64,000 nt of DNA from a virus (IMGVR_UViG_3300025413_001414:14699-78698); one strand, 5' to 3'; positions 32,483 through 43,210 are shown, counted from the stretch's first letter. A program made the numbers and translations. The notes: generated by a model from the letters alone, not told the origin.

Positions 32483-34318
32483 ATGGTATTAGATAAAAAA
32501 ATAAAAGTTAAAATAAACAAAAAAAATATTTCACATTATATTCAATTTTATCCATCAATAAAATTAAAGGATATTATTGAGGTTGATGTTGAGAATCATT
32601 TAATGAAAGGAAGTAATCAAAAAATAAACGTCCAATGTGATATCTGTGGAATTGCTAGGTTTATAAATTTCCAATCATATAATATTAATTTAAATTCTTG
32701 CCCGGAATATCCAATTTATACTTGTGATAAATGTTCTCATATTAAAATAAAAGAGTATAATAAGAAAAAATATGGCGTAGAATATTATTCAAAAACTAAG
32801 GAATATTCAGAAAAGTTTAAGAGTACAATGATTGAAAAATATGGAGTAGAATATGCTTTACAAAGTGATGAATTAAAAAAAAGGCAAATAAATAATAATT
32901 TAGAAAAATATGGTAAAAAAAATGTTTTTCAAGTTGATAAAATTAAAGATAAAATTAAAGAGTATAATAAGGAGAAATATGGTGTAGAACATTATTCAAA
33001 AACTAAGGAATATTCAGAAAAGTTTAAGAACATAATGATTGAAAAACATGGGGTTGAAAGTCCACTTCAAGGTGGGAGTGTCTCAAGAGAAAAGGCTAAA
33101 AATACGATGTTAAATAAATATGGAGTTGATGTATATGCAAAAAGTAGTGAATTTTTAGAAAAGGTTAAAATAACCAATATGAAAAAATATGGAGTTGAGT
33201 GGATAATGAAATCAGATATTTTTAAAGACAAAAGCAAAAAATCTATTAAAAATAGATATGGTGTTGATAATATAGCTAAATACGAGAAGCATAGAAAGGA
33301 TTTTAAAATATCTAACGATCCAAATTATATAAAATATGTAAACGAAGGCATATCGCTATTAAAATGTAACAAAGGACATGAATTTGAGATACCATCACAT
33401 ATCTATTATAATAGAAGTAAATATAAAATAAATTTATGTACAATGTGTAATCCAGTTGGCGAAAGTTCATCTATAAAGGAAAACGAACTATTTGATTTTA
33501 TATGCAATAACTATAGAGGAGAAATAATAAATTCATATAGGGATAAAAAGGAAATTGATATTTATTTACCAGAATTAAAATTAGGATTTGAATTTAATGG
33601 ATTATTCTGGCATTCAGAATTATATAAGGAAAAAAACTATCACTTAGATAAAACAATTTTATTTAAGGACAAAGGTATAAGCTTATTTCATGTATGGGAG
33701 GATGATTGGATGTATAAACAGGATATAGTTAAATCGATGATTTTAAACAAATTAGGTGAAACTCCTAGTAGAATATTTGCTAGAAAATGTGAAATTAAAG
33801 AAGTTACTGATAGTAAATTAGTTAGATATTTCCTAAATAAAAATCATATTCAAGGATTTGTTGGATCAAAAATAAAATTAGGGTTATATTATAATGACGA
33901 ATTAGTTAGCTTAATGACATTCGGTAATTTACGAAGATCTTTAGGCCAAAAAAGCAGTGAAGGATCATATGAATTATTAAGATTCTGCAACAAATTAAAT
34001 ACCAATGTTATTGGTGGTGCTTCTAAATTACTCAAATATTTTTTAAAATTTAATAATGTCAGGGAAATTATTAGTTATAGTGATTTAAGTAGATCTAATG
34101 GTAATATGTATCAACAATTAGGATTTAAATTACAACATAATTCTAATCCTAATTATTATTACATTATTGGTGGTATTAGAAAACATAGATTTGGATTTAG
34201 AAAAGATGAATTAGTTAAGGATGGATTTGATCCGAATAAAACTGAAATTCAAATAATGAATGAAAGAGGTTATTATAGGATTTTTGATTGTGGAATGCAA
34301 AAATGGGTATTAAATTAG
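32483..34318 (+). mobile_element. KYG-repeat / Vsr-like putative homing endonuclease
   Basis: KYGVE repeats, EIDIYLPE..GFEFNGLFWHS, VWEDDW. Confidence 0.75.
32750..33029 (+). repeat. ~70-bp near-identical internal direct repeat (207-bp offset)
   Basis: KEYNKxKYGVEyYSKTKEYSEKFK encoded twice. Confidence 0.75.
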
Positions 34319-34345
34319 ACTTGAATTTACAATTCAATAATCCAG

Positions 34346-34705
34346 TCAAGCCCAGCCTGAATCCAACGTTTCATTTTCCACTACTGATTTAGCCGATATG
34401 AAATCATTATTTTTTAAATATGACTTGATTTTATCTAAATTTTGAGGAGTAATCCATTTTATAAATATTGTTGAATTACGATGTGAATTATAACGACTAC
34501 GAAGGTCGAAACTTGTAATTTTACTAATTAAATTTTCCAAGCCTTCGGTGGTTTCCCAATCACTACAAACATTATAACCCTCTAAACCTAAATCATCATA
34601 GATACCAAGAATTAATATGTAATTTTTATGAAATTCAACTTGCTCAGGGGTTCTTAATAGAACTGAAATTGAAATATCTCTCTTGATTGGAGTTAGTGTA
34701 TCCAT
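34346..34705 (-). CDS. Hypothetical, probably leaderless mRNA
   Basis: ATG immediately downstream of TATCTTTG (34710-17). Confidence 0.55.
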   Translation of the reverse strand: MDTLTPIKRDISISVLLRTPEQVEFHKNYILILGIYDDLGLEGYNVCSDWETTEGLENLISKITSFDLRSRYNSHRNSTIFIKWITPQNLDKIKSYLKNNDFISAKSVVENETLDSGWA

Positions 34706-34717
34706 CTCACAAAGATA

Positions 34718-35284
34718 CTAAACTTTTTTGAAACCACCAAATTCAATAATCCAGTAGTTCCAACCTATCATAATCATCGAGTGTATTGTTTCTGATATAG
34801 CCATACCATGAAAAAATTTAATAACTGATAGAGGTAATAACACCATCACTATTGAAAATATTAAATTAGTTTTCCAAACTCTTAATGGAATTTTGTTGTA
34901 GTTAAAATGTGCAAAAAGAAAAATAGCTAGTGGATATCCAAAAAAATAATACACAGCTAATATATTGTGTATGTAATATCTCATACTAAATAATCCAACT
35001 AAAAAAAGAGAAGCGTTGAGTGATATGAAAAATAAAATAATCAATTTTTTAAATACAAGATTATTAAAAGAATTTATATAAGTATAGACATTATACATCA
35101 TTGATATTGATAGTATAATAAGTGAAGCATTCCATATCCAAGGATGACTTGATTTTGTTCCCCAATATGAAAGTTGTATATCTGTAAATTTAAAATTAGC
35201 AGTAAAGAAAAAGTATAAAAATATAGCAAAGAATACCACAGTAGAAAATACTACTTGCAACATTCTAATTTTTTTGAGGTACAT
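34718..35284 (-). CDS. Multi-pass membrane protein (DUF998-like)
   Basis: 5-6 TM segments, LSYWG, H.ILA. Confidence 0.6.
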   Translation of the reverse strand: MYLKKIRMLQVVFSTVVFFAIFLYFFFTANFKFTDIQLSYWGTKSSHPWIWNASLIILSISMMYNVYTYINSFNNLVFKKLIILFFISLNASLFLVGLFSMRYYIHNILAVYYFFGYPLAIFLFAHFNYNKIPLRVWKTNLIFSIVMVLLPLSVIKFFHGMAISETIHSMIMIGWNYWIIEFGGFKKV

Positions 35285-35300
35285 TAATTCCTTATTTTAA

Positions 35301-35915
35301 TTATAATTTAATTTTAATAGTGTTACCAGAAAATGAAATATATTCAATTCCTAGGTTTTTTACTTCTGCTTCTAAATTGAATTTATCAACCATACTCAAT
35401 CCATTATTTTTATAAACAATAGATTTTTCAGGCTTGTCACCTTCAAGAGAATACTTAGATTCTTCTATTAATTTTTCTTCAATTTGAAATCTTTTGAAAA
35501 TACCCTCAAGCTTCTTTTCTAATTCTTCTTTTTCTTCATCAGTTGCTGCAGATTCATTAATTAATTCAAAAAGTGAATCTAATCTTTCAAAGTATTCGCT
35601 TTCCATCATTTTCTTGGTAAGAATCTCATGAATATCATTTGCAACATTATCAATTAAAGATACTCTTTCAATTTTATCAGAATTTTCATTTAAAGGATTG
35701 GTAAGGTAATTCCACTTAACAAAATTACCATTCAAGTCCTTTTTAGAAATTTCTACTTTAACAGTAGCTTCTTTTTTCTCACCAAGATACTGAACATAGT
35801 CAGTAGCATTGATTTCGAAATAAAAATCTCCTTTTCTATTCTTTTCGGAAATTTCAACCTGACTGAAAAGATTTTTTAAATTAAAATCTATTTTGTTGAT
35901 GTTTTCTTTAATCAT
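35301..35915 (-). CDS. Hypothetical protein
   Basis: ORF. Confidence 0.6.
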   Translation of the reverse strand: MIKENINKIDFNLKNLFSQVEISEKNRKGDFYFEINATDYVQYLGEKKEATVKVEISKKDLNGNFVKWNYLTNPLNENSDKIERVSLIDNVANDIHEILTKKMMESEYFERLDSLFELINESAATDEEKEELEKKLEGIFKRFQIEEKLIEESKYSLEGDKPEKSIVYKNNGLSMVDKFNLEAEVKNLGIEYISFSGNTIKIKL

Positions 35916-35919
35916 ATAA

Positions 35920-36234
35920 TTATAACATTTTTTTTAATTCATTAACAACCCAATCATACTGCCCATCACTTAGTTCATCACCTACTTCTAATATAATATC
36001 TTCCATAAACTCTGCTTTATAGTCTTTATCATTAGTAGTAATAAAATCATTTATCATACCATTTAAATCCGCACTACCAAATGATCCTAGAAAGGTTATA
36101 ACATCACTTTCCTGACTCACATCATCATTATCATCGTAGTTTTCTTTGATATACATATCAAATTTAGTAATAATACTTTCTTTGTATAGTGGAAGCCCAG
36201 CATGTTTTGTTTTCTTCTTTTTTGCCATGTACAT
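35920..36234 (-). CDS. Acidic hypothetical protein
   Basis: ORF; contains ITKFDMYIKE tag-like segment. Confidence 0.55.
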   Translation of the reverse strand: MYMAKKKKTKHAGLPLYKESIITKFDMYIKENYDDNDDVSQESDVITFLGSFGSADLNGMINDFITTNDKDYKAEFMEDIILEVGDELSDGQYDWVVNELKKML

Positions 36235-36268
36235 ATATATAAAAAAAGTGAAATCATAATTTCACTTT

Positions 36269-36859
36269 TTATATTATAATAACCGATTCTAATTCTGTTC
36301 TTTTTTTTGATTCTAATGAATTCATTCTTTTATCAAGTTCCCTATCAAATAGCATAGACATTTCATCAGCATACTTTTGAGGTATAAAAACTTGATAGTA
36401 TAAAATTCTTTTTGGGGTATCCATAACAGTTAAGTTAATATCAGTTCTATTTTTAAGAATCATAAGTAATGTTCCTTTCTGAATAAATCTTGTATAGGTT
36501 AAAAGATTTGAATTAAGAAAAGTAGTAGGATCTTTCAAAAGTGTATTCCACGATTGAATTGACTTTTGTTGCATTGAGTTTATCTCAACTTTATCATCAT
36601 AAACTTTAGTTTCAAGTTTAGAAAAAATTGAATTCAATTTTGATAAATTTCTTAGTAGAAAAAATTTAAAGATTAAAGGTGTCTTGAACTTCAATTTATA
36701 AATCACAAATAACAACACTGAGTAAGCAAGAAAGTAATAACCAAGTGGTATCATATACCAATCTTTATCACCTGCTCGAAATGTGTGCTCAACTCCAGAT
36801 GTTATAAAAGATAGGATACTGGAAATTATAACAATAAGTAAGAATAAAACTATATACAT
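36269..36859 (-). CDS. Membrane-anchored hypothetical protein
   Basis: Two N-terminal TM segments. Confidence 0.6.
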   Translation of the reverse strand: MYIVLFLLIVIISSILSFITSGVEHTFRAGDKDWYMIPLGYYFLAYSVLLFVIYKLKFKTPLIFKFFLLRNLSKLNSIFSKLETKVYDDKVEINSMQQKSIQSWNTLLKDPTTFLNSNLLTYTRFIQKGTLLMILKNRTDINLTVMDTPKRILYYQVFIPQKYADEMSMLFDRELDKRMNSLESKKRTELESVIII

Positions 36860-36868
36860 AAATTAAAT

Positions 36869-38209
36869 TTATTTTGATTTCTCAACAAGCTTTTTGTCAA
36901 GGTTTTCTTGGTTTTGTTTTTCAGCTGCCTCATTTTTATCATCACTACCATACATAGCAAAGTAAGAATTACTACCAGCCATTTTATCAAATTCAGGGTC
37001 TTGTGAAAATCCTTTCTTAATCATCTTATCAACGATTTCATGCCAAGTCATTTCACCAAGATACATTAACTTCTTGTCAATTATAACAACATCCACATCT
37101 TGATTCTTTTCTTCAATCAAGGATATACCAATATCTGAAAGTGTTTTCTTGATATCATCAGATAAAGACCAATAATCAGTAACTTCTGTTATAACATCAT
37201 CGACCTTTTGACCTAGTTTAATATGATATTCTCCTTGTTCAAAAAGTTTCATAAAAGCTTCAGCATTAATACTTTTTACTTTAGAAACTTTTTCCTTAAT
37301 TAAATTAGCGATATCTTCTTCCAAAACGACTTTCTCATTAAGCCTTTCTGAAACATGAAAAAAATATCCATTAGTTTCTTCATTGGGTTTCAAAGAATCA
37401 ATTCTTGATTCTAAAACTCTAATATCAGTTGTAGCATCAGAAATCTTTTTCTCAGCAGAAAACTTTTCATATTCAAATCTTTTCAATTCAGATTTTTGAT
37501 GTTCAAGTTTCTTTTGCAATTCTTGAAATTTTTCTTCTTTCATCTTTTTGAAAGATTCTTCCAACATAGATTTAGAACTATTTTCACCTTCAAATTCTTT
37601 TTTAGTCCCTTCATTTTTTTCAGTCTTATCCAATGATTTTTCTTCATATGAATTAATAGACATAATCATAGATTGTGCTTCTTCTGAGGCATCAGAATCA
37701 TCATCAAATAGTGAAAGCAAATCATCTAACTTAGAATTTTGTTCATCAGACATTTCCACTTCATCATCAAAGATTGAGGCTAGTTTTGAGATAGGAGTTG
37801 TATAGTCAACAGATAGATAAAGATTAATTGTCTTATCTAAGACTTTAGTAACACTTTTGAATGGCAAATCTGTAATTACCATCTTCTTATTGAAAGAAGT
37901 AATTGTTTTCTCACAAATAACATCTAAAAGACGTTCTCTTTGTTCAGCAGTAGTTTTATCTGTATCTACTTCTTCAAAGTTGACAGTTCCTTCATCACAG
38001 ATAGTTAGTTTAAAAGTAATATTATCCGAATCTATACCGGCTAGATACTTACCTTCGATAAAAGCTTCATTAGCAATGAAATGAATGTTTCCTTTCATAC
38101 CAAGAAATTCAATAAATTTTTCTTGAGGTTTAAAAGTGCCGATTACTTTTTCCTTTACAGTTTCTTGATTTTCTTGTTCGATGTTATCTAAAATGTCTTG
38201 CATATACAA
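36869..38209 (-). CDS. Coiled-coil hypothetical protein
   Basis: 446 aa; host-type promoter at 38217-24. Confidence 0.65.
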   Translation of the reverse strand: MYMQDILDNIEQENQETVKEKVIGTFKPQEKFIEFLGMKGNIHFIANEAFIEGKYLAGIDSDNITFKLTICDEGTVNFEEVDTDKTTAEQRERLLDVICEKTITSFNKKMVITDLPFKSVTKVLDKTINLYLSVDYTTPISKLASIFDDEVEMSDEQNSKLDDLLSLFDDDSDASEEAQSMIMSINSYEEKSLDKTEKNEGTKKEFEGENSSKSMLEESFKKMKEEKFQELQKKLEHQKSELKRFEYEKFSAEKKISDATTDIRVLESRIDSLKPNEETNGYFFHVSERLNEKVVLEEDIANLIKEKVSKVKSINAEAFMKLFEQGEYHIKLGQKVDDVITEVTDYWSLSDDIKKTLSDIGISLIEEKNQDVDVVIIDKKLMYLGEMTWHEIVDKMIKKGFSQDPEFDKMAGSNSYFAMYGSDDKNEAAEKQNQENLDKKLVEKSK

Positions 38210-38229
38210 TTTTTTACAAAAATACGTAA

Positions 38230-38643
38230 TTATTTTGAGTTATCCAACAAATTTTCAATACCGATTTCTCTTCGTTTGATTTTTGCTTCTTCGTCGGTAA
38301 GTGGATCAGGTAATTTTTGACCAAAAGTATCTACTAACTTTGAGACATTTATATATTTATCACTTATACTTATTAGATCAAGTAAATCTGGATCAGTAGT
38401 GGTTACCACATCTACATCTTCATACAAATCTGGAAGCGAATTATAAATCAATTCTAATTCTTTTGTAAATTCGGAAAAGTTTTCTATTACAATTGTATCA
38501 TCCTCACTAAAATTATCAATAGATAAAATTAATAACAGTAATAATTCTTTTCGAGTAAGGTTTTTAATTTTTTCGGATTGCTTAGTTACATTGAAATTTA
38601 AATAAATTTCTTTAAATAAGTCACTAACAGTTAAATTTTCCAT
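38230..38643 (-). CDS. Hypothetical with C-terminal RREIGIENLL tag
   Basis: ORF. Confidence 0.55.
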   Translation of the reverse strand: MENLTVSDLFKEIYLNFNVTKQSEKIKNLTRKELLLLLILSIDNFSEDDTIVIENFSEFTKELELIYNSLPDLYEDVDVVTTTDPDLLDLISISDKYINVSKLVDTFGQKLPDPLTDEEAKIKRREIGIENLLDNSK

Positions 38644-38927
38644 TATTCTTCTAATAGTTTTGATAAAACGTATTCACGGTATTCTTGAGCCCCAACAGAT
38701 CCAAGTGAATAGGCTCGTCTGAAAAAAACCTCAAATATATTTTCATTACCAATTTCTTTAGCAGCAATAGCACGATTGATACATTTATATTCATCGGTGA
38801 TTAGACTTGCTTGCTTTTGTGCTAAGTGTCTTTCCGTATCAACATTTCCATCTGACTTGGAAATAATATCTCTAACACGCTTATAGTTTTTTTCAAATTC
38901 TGATTTTGATTGACCACGTATCGGCAT
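38643..38927 (-). CDS. Hypothetical protein
   Basis: ORF ending YREYVLSKLLEE. Confidence 0.55.
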   Translation of the reverse strand: MPIRGQSKSEFEKNYKRVRDIISKSDGNVDTERHLAQKQASLITDEYKCINRAIAAKEIGNENIFEVFFRRAYSLGSVGAQEYREYVLSKLLEE

Positions 38928-38938
38928 AAATATTATAG

Positions 38939-39397
38939 TTAATTTTTTTCAAATAAAGAATTAATAATCTCATTTCTAATAACATCCTGATGTATGAAGT
39001 AATCCTCAAAGAAATGGACTGTAGTATCGAAATGATGAGATCCATACAATTCTTCTACTTCTAACTTTGTTAAATAACAAAAAAAGTGATTTACCGAATC
39101 TTGATCTAAGATATTATAAAAAGGTATTTCTACCTTTCTCCTATAAATATCTTTGTCGGATACTCTCTTATTAATTCTCTGTAAATCTTGTATTTCTTCT
39201 TCTGTTAATTTTTTACCAATGTAAGGCTTAGTCAGATTTAAAAAAGATTTTAATTCATACATATATTTTTTATAATCGGTGATAACTTCAACTTTTTTAT
39301 CGACTATTTCAGTCACATTATACCAATCATCTTGTTCAAAAAAGATGCCCCAATGTGCATCATATGTCTTTATACATTTTACTTTCATATTATTCAA
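38939..39397 (-). CDS. Hypothetical with C-terminal RNEIINSLF tag
   Basis: ORF. Confidence 0.55.
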   Translation of the reverse strand: MNNMKVKCIKTYDAHWGIFFEQDDWYNVTEIVDKKVEVITDYKKYMYELKSFLNLTKPYIGKKLTEEEIQDLQRINKRVSDKDIYRRKVEIPFYNILDQDSVNHFFCYLTKLEVEELYGSHHFDTTVHFFEDYFIHQDVIRNEIINSLFEKN

Positions 39398-39773
39398 AGT
39401 CAGCTATTGGTATTTCTTTAGCCAAATCAGACCTGGTTTTTTTAGGTTTAGGCTTATAAACCATATTTAAGGCACTATATTTTATATCTTCATTTTGAAC
39501 CACTTTACTTGATTTTAAAATATCTTGTAGTATTTTAGGATCCGGATTTTTATGAAGATACAAGGCTATATCTAATATCATATTTTGAGTATCCTTATGT
39601 CGTATTTTATCAATCTCATATCCATATTTATTAGAAAGATAGGTTACGAATCCATATGGCAAAGTATTATTACCTGATTCTATATTCTGAATAATAAGTC
39701 TATGATAGTCTATATTCATCACCAATTCTCTTGGGACTACTATAGACAAATCTTTTTGTATAAGTTCCATCAT
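39390..39773 (-). CDS. Hypothetical protein
   Basis: ORF. Confidence 0.55.
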   Translation of the reverse strand: MMELIQKDLSIVVPRELVMNIDYHRLIIQNIESGNNTLPYGFVTYLSNKYGYEIDKIRHKDTQNMILDIALYLHKNPDPKILQDILKSSKVVQNEDIKYSALNMVYKPKPKKTRSDLAKEIPIADFE

Positions 39774-39790
39774 ATTTTATATTTAATATT

Positions 39791-40013
39791 ATAGTGACGA
39801 TTATACCCGCGGTTCTGTTTTATTCTATCATTTATCTCACCTTTCGGTGGCCTATTAAGGCTGCCTCAACCCGACTATCGTTGGGAAACCGACACCCTAA
39901 GTCTGTATGAGTTGCTACTTCTTTGGTCTAACGACTGATTAGGTCTTCCAAATTAGGTTTTGTAGCCGCGAAGTTCCTCTAGCATTTGCCAGCGATAGAT
40001 CATCCATCACTAT
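39791..40013 (-). ncRNA. rnpB: Minimised RNase P RNA
   Basis: P1 AUAGUGAUGGAU/AUCGUCACUAU; P2 UCUAUC/GAUAGA; P3 CUGGCA/UGCUAG; CR-I GAGGAACUUCGCGG pairing with CR-V ACAGAACCGCGGG (P4); CACC-GAAA-GGUG; AGAUAAAUG CR-IV-like. Confidence 0.8.
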
Positions 40014-40477
40014 GTTAATATTTCTAAATTCAATTCTCTTTTAAACTTTTGTTTATACTCACCAATAAATTCCTCTAAAAGTGGGTGAATATGTGGATAT
40101 ATTTCTTCACGAATATTATCAACATCACCAATATACTCTTTGAATAATTTTAAAATTCTATTAGGTGTATTTGGTATAATATTAATTAAACATAAATAGT
40201 TTAAAACCCTTTCTTTTTTAGGATCTAATTTTTTACCACTTTTATTCCATGTGTCCATCCATTCCAATTTTAAAGACATTGCTTTAAAATCAGTAACAAC
40301 TACACTCTGCCACCAATCAGAAAATTCATTATCCCTAATCACTGGATCAAATCCAATCATCTTGGTATATTTTTCCCATATATAATCAATATTGGATCGT
40401 AAGACATATGTATCATTACAAGCCTTATGAAACATTATTGAAAATGTTAATAAGTTATCTACCTGGTCATTATTCAT
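40010..40477 (-). CDS. Hypothetical with C-terminal KRELNLEIL tag, probably leaderless
   Basis: TATATTTG at 40482-89 just upstream of ATG; stop overlaps 5' end of RNase P RNA. Confidence 0.6.
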   Translation of the reverse strand: MNNDQVDNLLTFSIMFHKACNDTYVLRSNIDYIWEKYTKMIGFDPVIRDNEFSDWWQSVVVTDFKAMSLKLEWMDTWNKSGKKLDPKKERVLNYLCLINIIPNTPNRILKLFKEYIGDVDNIREEIYPHIHPLLEEFIGEYKQKFKRELNLEILT

Positions 40478-40558
40478 ATTACAAATATACGATAAATTTA
40501 AGAAAAAAGAAAAAACAAAATCTTTAAAATTAAATATATAGATAAAATTATTTTTGAT

Positions 40559-41419
40559 ATGAATAGAAAATGGCTTATATTTTTGGTATCTCTTGCAGCA
40601 ATTACAATTGCTGGAACTGCTGCCTATTTTTCAGTTACAGGTCTTGGTGTATTATTTGCTGGTGCTTCTGTGTCAGTTATGATTATGGCTGGTTCATTAG
40701 AGTTTGCTAAACTTGTTACTGCTACATACTTAAAACAATCTTGGAAAACAATAAAAGGTATTAATAAATGGTATTTAACAATTGCTGTTGCTATTTTAAT
40801 GTTAATTACATCTGCGGGTATCTTTGGTTATTTATCAAATGCCTTCCAACAACAAAATTTGAAATTAGACCAAGTTCAGCGAGAAATCTCTGTCTGGGAC
40901 ACAAAGATTAAAACTAATAATGATCAAATTACATTCTTAAATACACAACTTACTAATTTACAACAAAATCAGGGTAAGTTATTGGAAAATGGTAAAGTTA
41001 ATAATCGTTTATTATCATCAGTTGATAATAGGGATAAACAAACAGCTAAGATATCCGATAAAATATCATCTTTACAAGATTCAATTGTATCCTACAATAA
41101 TCAAATCAATGAAATCAAAAACAAAAACATCGACATTGAAAAAGAAGTTGGTGGATTTAGATTCGTAGCTGAGGCTTTTAATGTTCCATTAAAAACAGTT
41201 GTTAAATTTTTCATAATTTTAATTGTAGTAGTTTTTGACCCATTAGCTATCGCACTTGTAATTGCTTTTAACGAGTTAACTTTACAAGGTAAAAAAGATG
41301 AAGAAGAAACTAAAACTGAACTACCACAAGTTGAGACTCCTAAAGTAGAACAGGAAATATCAACACCAACCGTTGAAACTACTGAATCTGATGATTCTGA
41401 TTTAAAAAAAAAGTCTTAG
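40559..41419 (+). CDS. Membrane protein with TM-coiled coil-TM architecture
   Basis: FSVTGL, LEFAKLV, TSAGIFGYLS, VFDPLAIALV. Confidence 0.75.
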   Translation: MNRKWLIFLVSLAAITIAGTAAYFSVTGLGVLFAGASVSVMIMAGSLEFAKLVTATYLKQSWKTIKGINKWYLTIAVAILMLITSAGIFGYLSNAFQQQNLKLDQVQREISVWDTKIKTNNDQITFLNTQLTNLQQNQGKLLENGKVNNRLLSSVDNRDKQTAKISDKISSLQDSIVSYNNQINEIKNKNIDIEKEVGGFRFVAEAFNVPLKTVVKFFIILIVVVFDPLAIALVIAFNELTLQGKKDEEETKTELPQVETPKVEQEISTPTVETTESDDSDLKKKS

Positions 41420-42297
41420 AGGATAAGGAAGAGTACCTTAAAAACTTAGAAAACCAATTAGAATCAAAATTAAAAGAAGTTGAAACTGTTAAAAATGAAT
41501 ATGCTTCTAAGTTAAAAGAACTAGAAGATAATAAGTTAAATTTCAACTCTACTTCACAAAAACATCTTCAAGATTTAGAAAGTCAAAAAAATGAATACTC
41601 TTCTAAATTGAAAGAATTAGAGTCATTAAAATCAATTAATGAATCACAACTACAAGATTTAGAAAATCAAAAGTCTGAATTTGATTCTAAATTAAATGAT
41701 TTAGCAAAACAAAAATCTGAAATAACTTCTAAATTAAATGAATTAGAAAGTCAGAAATCAAGTAGTGATGCTTTACAATTGGAATTAAACAATGCTAAAT
41801 CTGAATATACTTCTAAATTAAATGAATTAGAATCATTAAAATCTGAATATACTTCTAAATTAAATGAATTGGAATTAGATAAAACTAATTACAATAACAA
41901 ATTTATTGAATTACAAAATCTTAAAAATGAATATGATTCTAAATTGAAATCTTTAGAAAATAGACAAAATGGCTTAGACAATGAAGTAGAAGAAAAAAGA
42001 AGAGATTTAGAATTAAAATATAAATCTAAATTAAAAGAGATTGAAAAGACTTATCAAGATAAGATAAAGAATATGGAAGAAGATTTTGAATCTAAAATTG
42101 AACAATTACAAGAATCTTATAAGGATAAAATGTCTGACTTAATCGATACAAATAATTCTAAAGTTGATAAAGAAAATTTAAATAATATTAAAGAAATGTT
42201 AGTTAGCACACATGGATCACTACCATATTATCAAAATAGAATGGATGCTCTTAAAAGAAGAATTGAAGAAGTAATTGAGCAGATAGAAAGTCTGTAA
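41401..42297 (+). CDS. Coiled-coil extension in the -1 frame of the previous gene
   Basis: Frame open from 41401, no ATG until ~42072; 14-aa KSEYTSKLNELESL repeats. Confidence 0.65.
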   Translation, partial: FKKKVLEDKEEYLKNLENQLESKLKEVETVKNEYASKLKELEDNKLNFNSTSQKHLQDLESQKNEYSSKLKELESLKSINESQLQDLENQKSEFDSKLNDLAKQKSEITSKLNELESQKSSSDALQLELNNAKSEYTSKLNELESLKSEYTSKLNELELDKTNYNNKFIELQNLKNEYDSKLKSLENRQNGLDNEVEEKRRDLELKYKSKLKEIEKTYQDKIKNMEEDFESKIEQLQESYKDKMSDLIDTNNSKVDKENLNNIKEMLVSTHGSLPYYQNRMDALKRRIEEVIEQIESL

Positions 42298-42317
42298 TTA
42301 ATTTTAATATATAGTGT

Positions 42318-43052
42318 ATGTCTTTATCTAATTACAAAAAAACTCTTATTTATTTAAAAAAGAAGAAAAGAATTCTTTTCCTAACCACATCTACCAGATG
42401 GAATGATGAGGTTCCTAAATCATCATCTTTAGCCTATTCACTAAAAGAAGAATTAGGAAATGATAAAGTCACCATTATTGATGTTTCTAAATTAAAAATC
42501 TATCCGTGTGAAGGCAATGTTTCACAAATGAGTAATGGTAATCATTGCGGAACCAAAGAAGCTGTTTTAAAAGACAAACAAAAAAATCCATCAGGTAATC
42601 ACAGGTGTTGGTGCTCTATCAACAATGAAGATGATGAATTGTGGAAAATATCAAAAGAATTGTTAGAGTCGGATTGTGTAGTTTTCTTTGGGTCAATTCG
42701 TTGGGGTAAAATGAATGCTATGTATGCTAAATTAATTGAAAGATTAACTTGGTTAGAAAATAGACACACTACTCTTGGAGAATCCAATATTATAAAGAAT
42801 ATAGATTGTGGTATAATATCAGTTGGCCACAACTGGAATGGTAAAGAAGCAATTGAATTGGAAAAGAAAATTTTAACATTTTTTGGGTTTAATGTTCCTA
42901 ATGAATTATCATGGTCTTATCAGTGGACCGAAGATTATAAAGATGAGTCACAAGCTGGGTATAAACAAGATCCTAAGGATTTTGAAAAAGAATTTAGCTT
43001 TATTCAATTAATTAGAGAGAGTATTATAAAATTCAAAGATTTTATAAAATGA
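42318..43052 (+). CDS. Flavodoxin-fold NAD(P)H-dependent oxidoreductase
   Basis: IYPCEGNVS, SDCVVFFGSIRWG, KLIERL. Confidence 0.75.
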   Translation: MSLSNYKKTLIYLKKKKRILFLTTSTRWNDEVPKSSSLAYSLKEELGNDKVTIIDVSKLKIYPCEGNVSQMSNGNHCGTKEAVLKDKQKNPSGNHRCWCSINNEDDELWKISKELLESDCVVFFGSIRWGKMNAMYAKLIERLTWLENRHTTLGESNIIKNIDCGIISVGHNWNGKEAIELEKKILTFFGFNVPNELSWSYQWTEDYKDESQAGYKQDPKDFEKEFSFIQLIRESIIKFKDFIK

Positions 43053-43210
43053 GATAAAGCACATCAACAATTAAAAGATACAATATTATTTTAATTTGGA
43101 CTGTAGGAGGAATGTGCTTAAAGAAATAAACCGGCAGTTTAAATCTTTGAAGGGTTTGATTAAACGCTATTCGTGATCCACTCTAAATAAACCTTGTTGT
43201 GAAACATATC

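Noticed and set aside
41790-41880. 42-bp tandem DNA repeat as a regulatory element
   Set aside because: Explained by the 14-aa coiled-coil repeat in the coding frame
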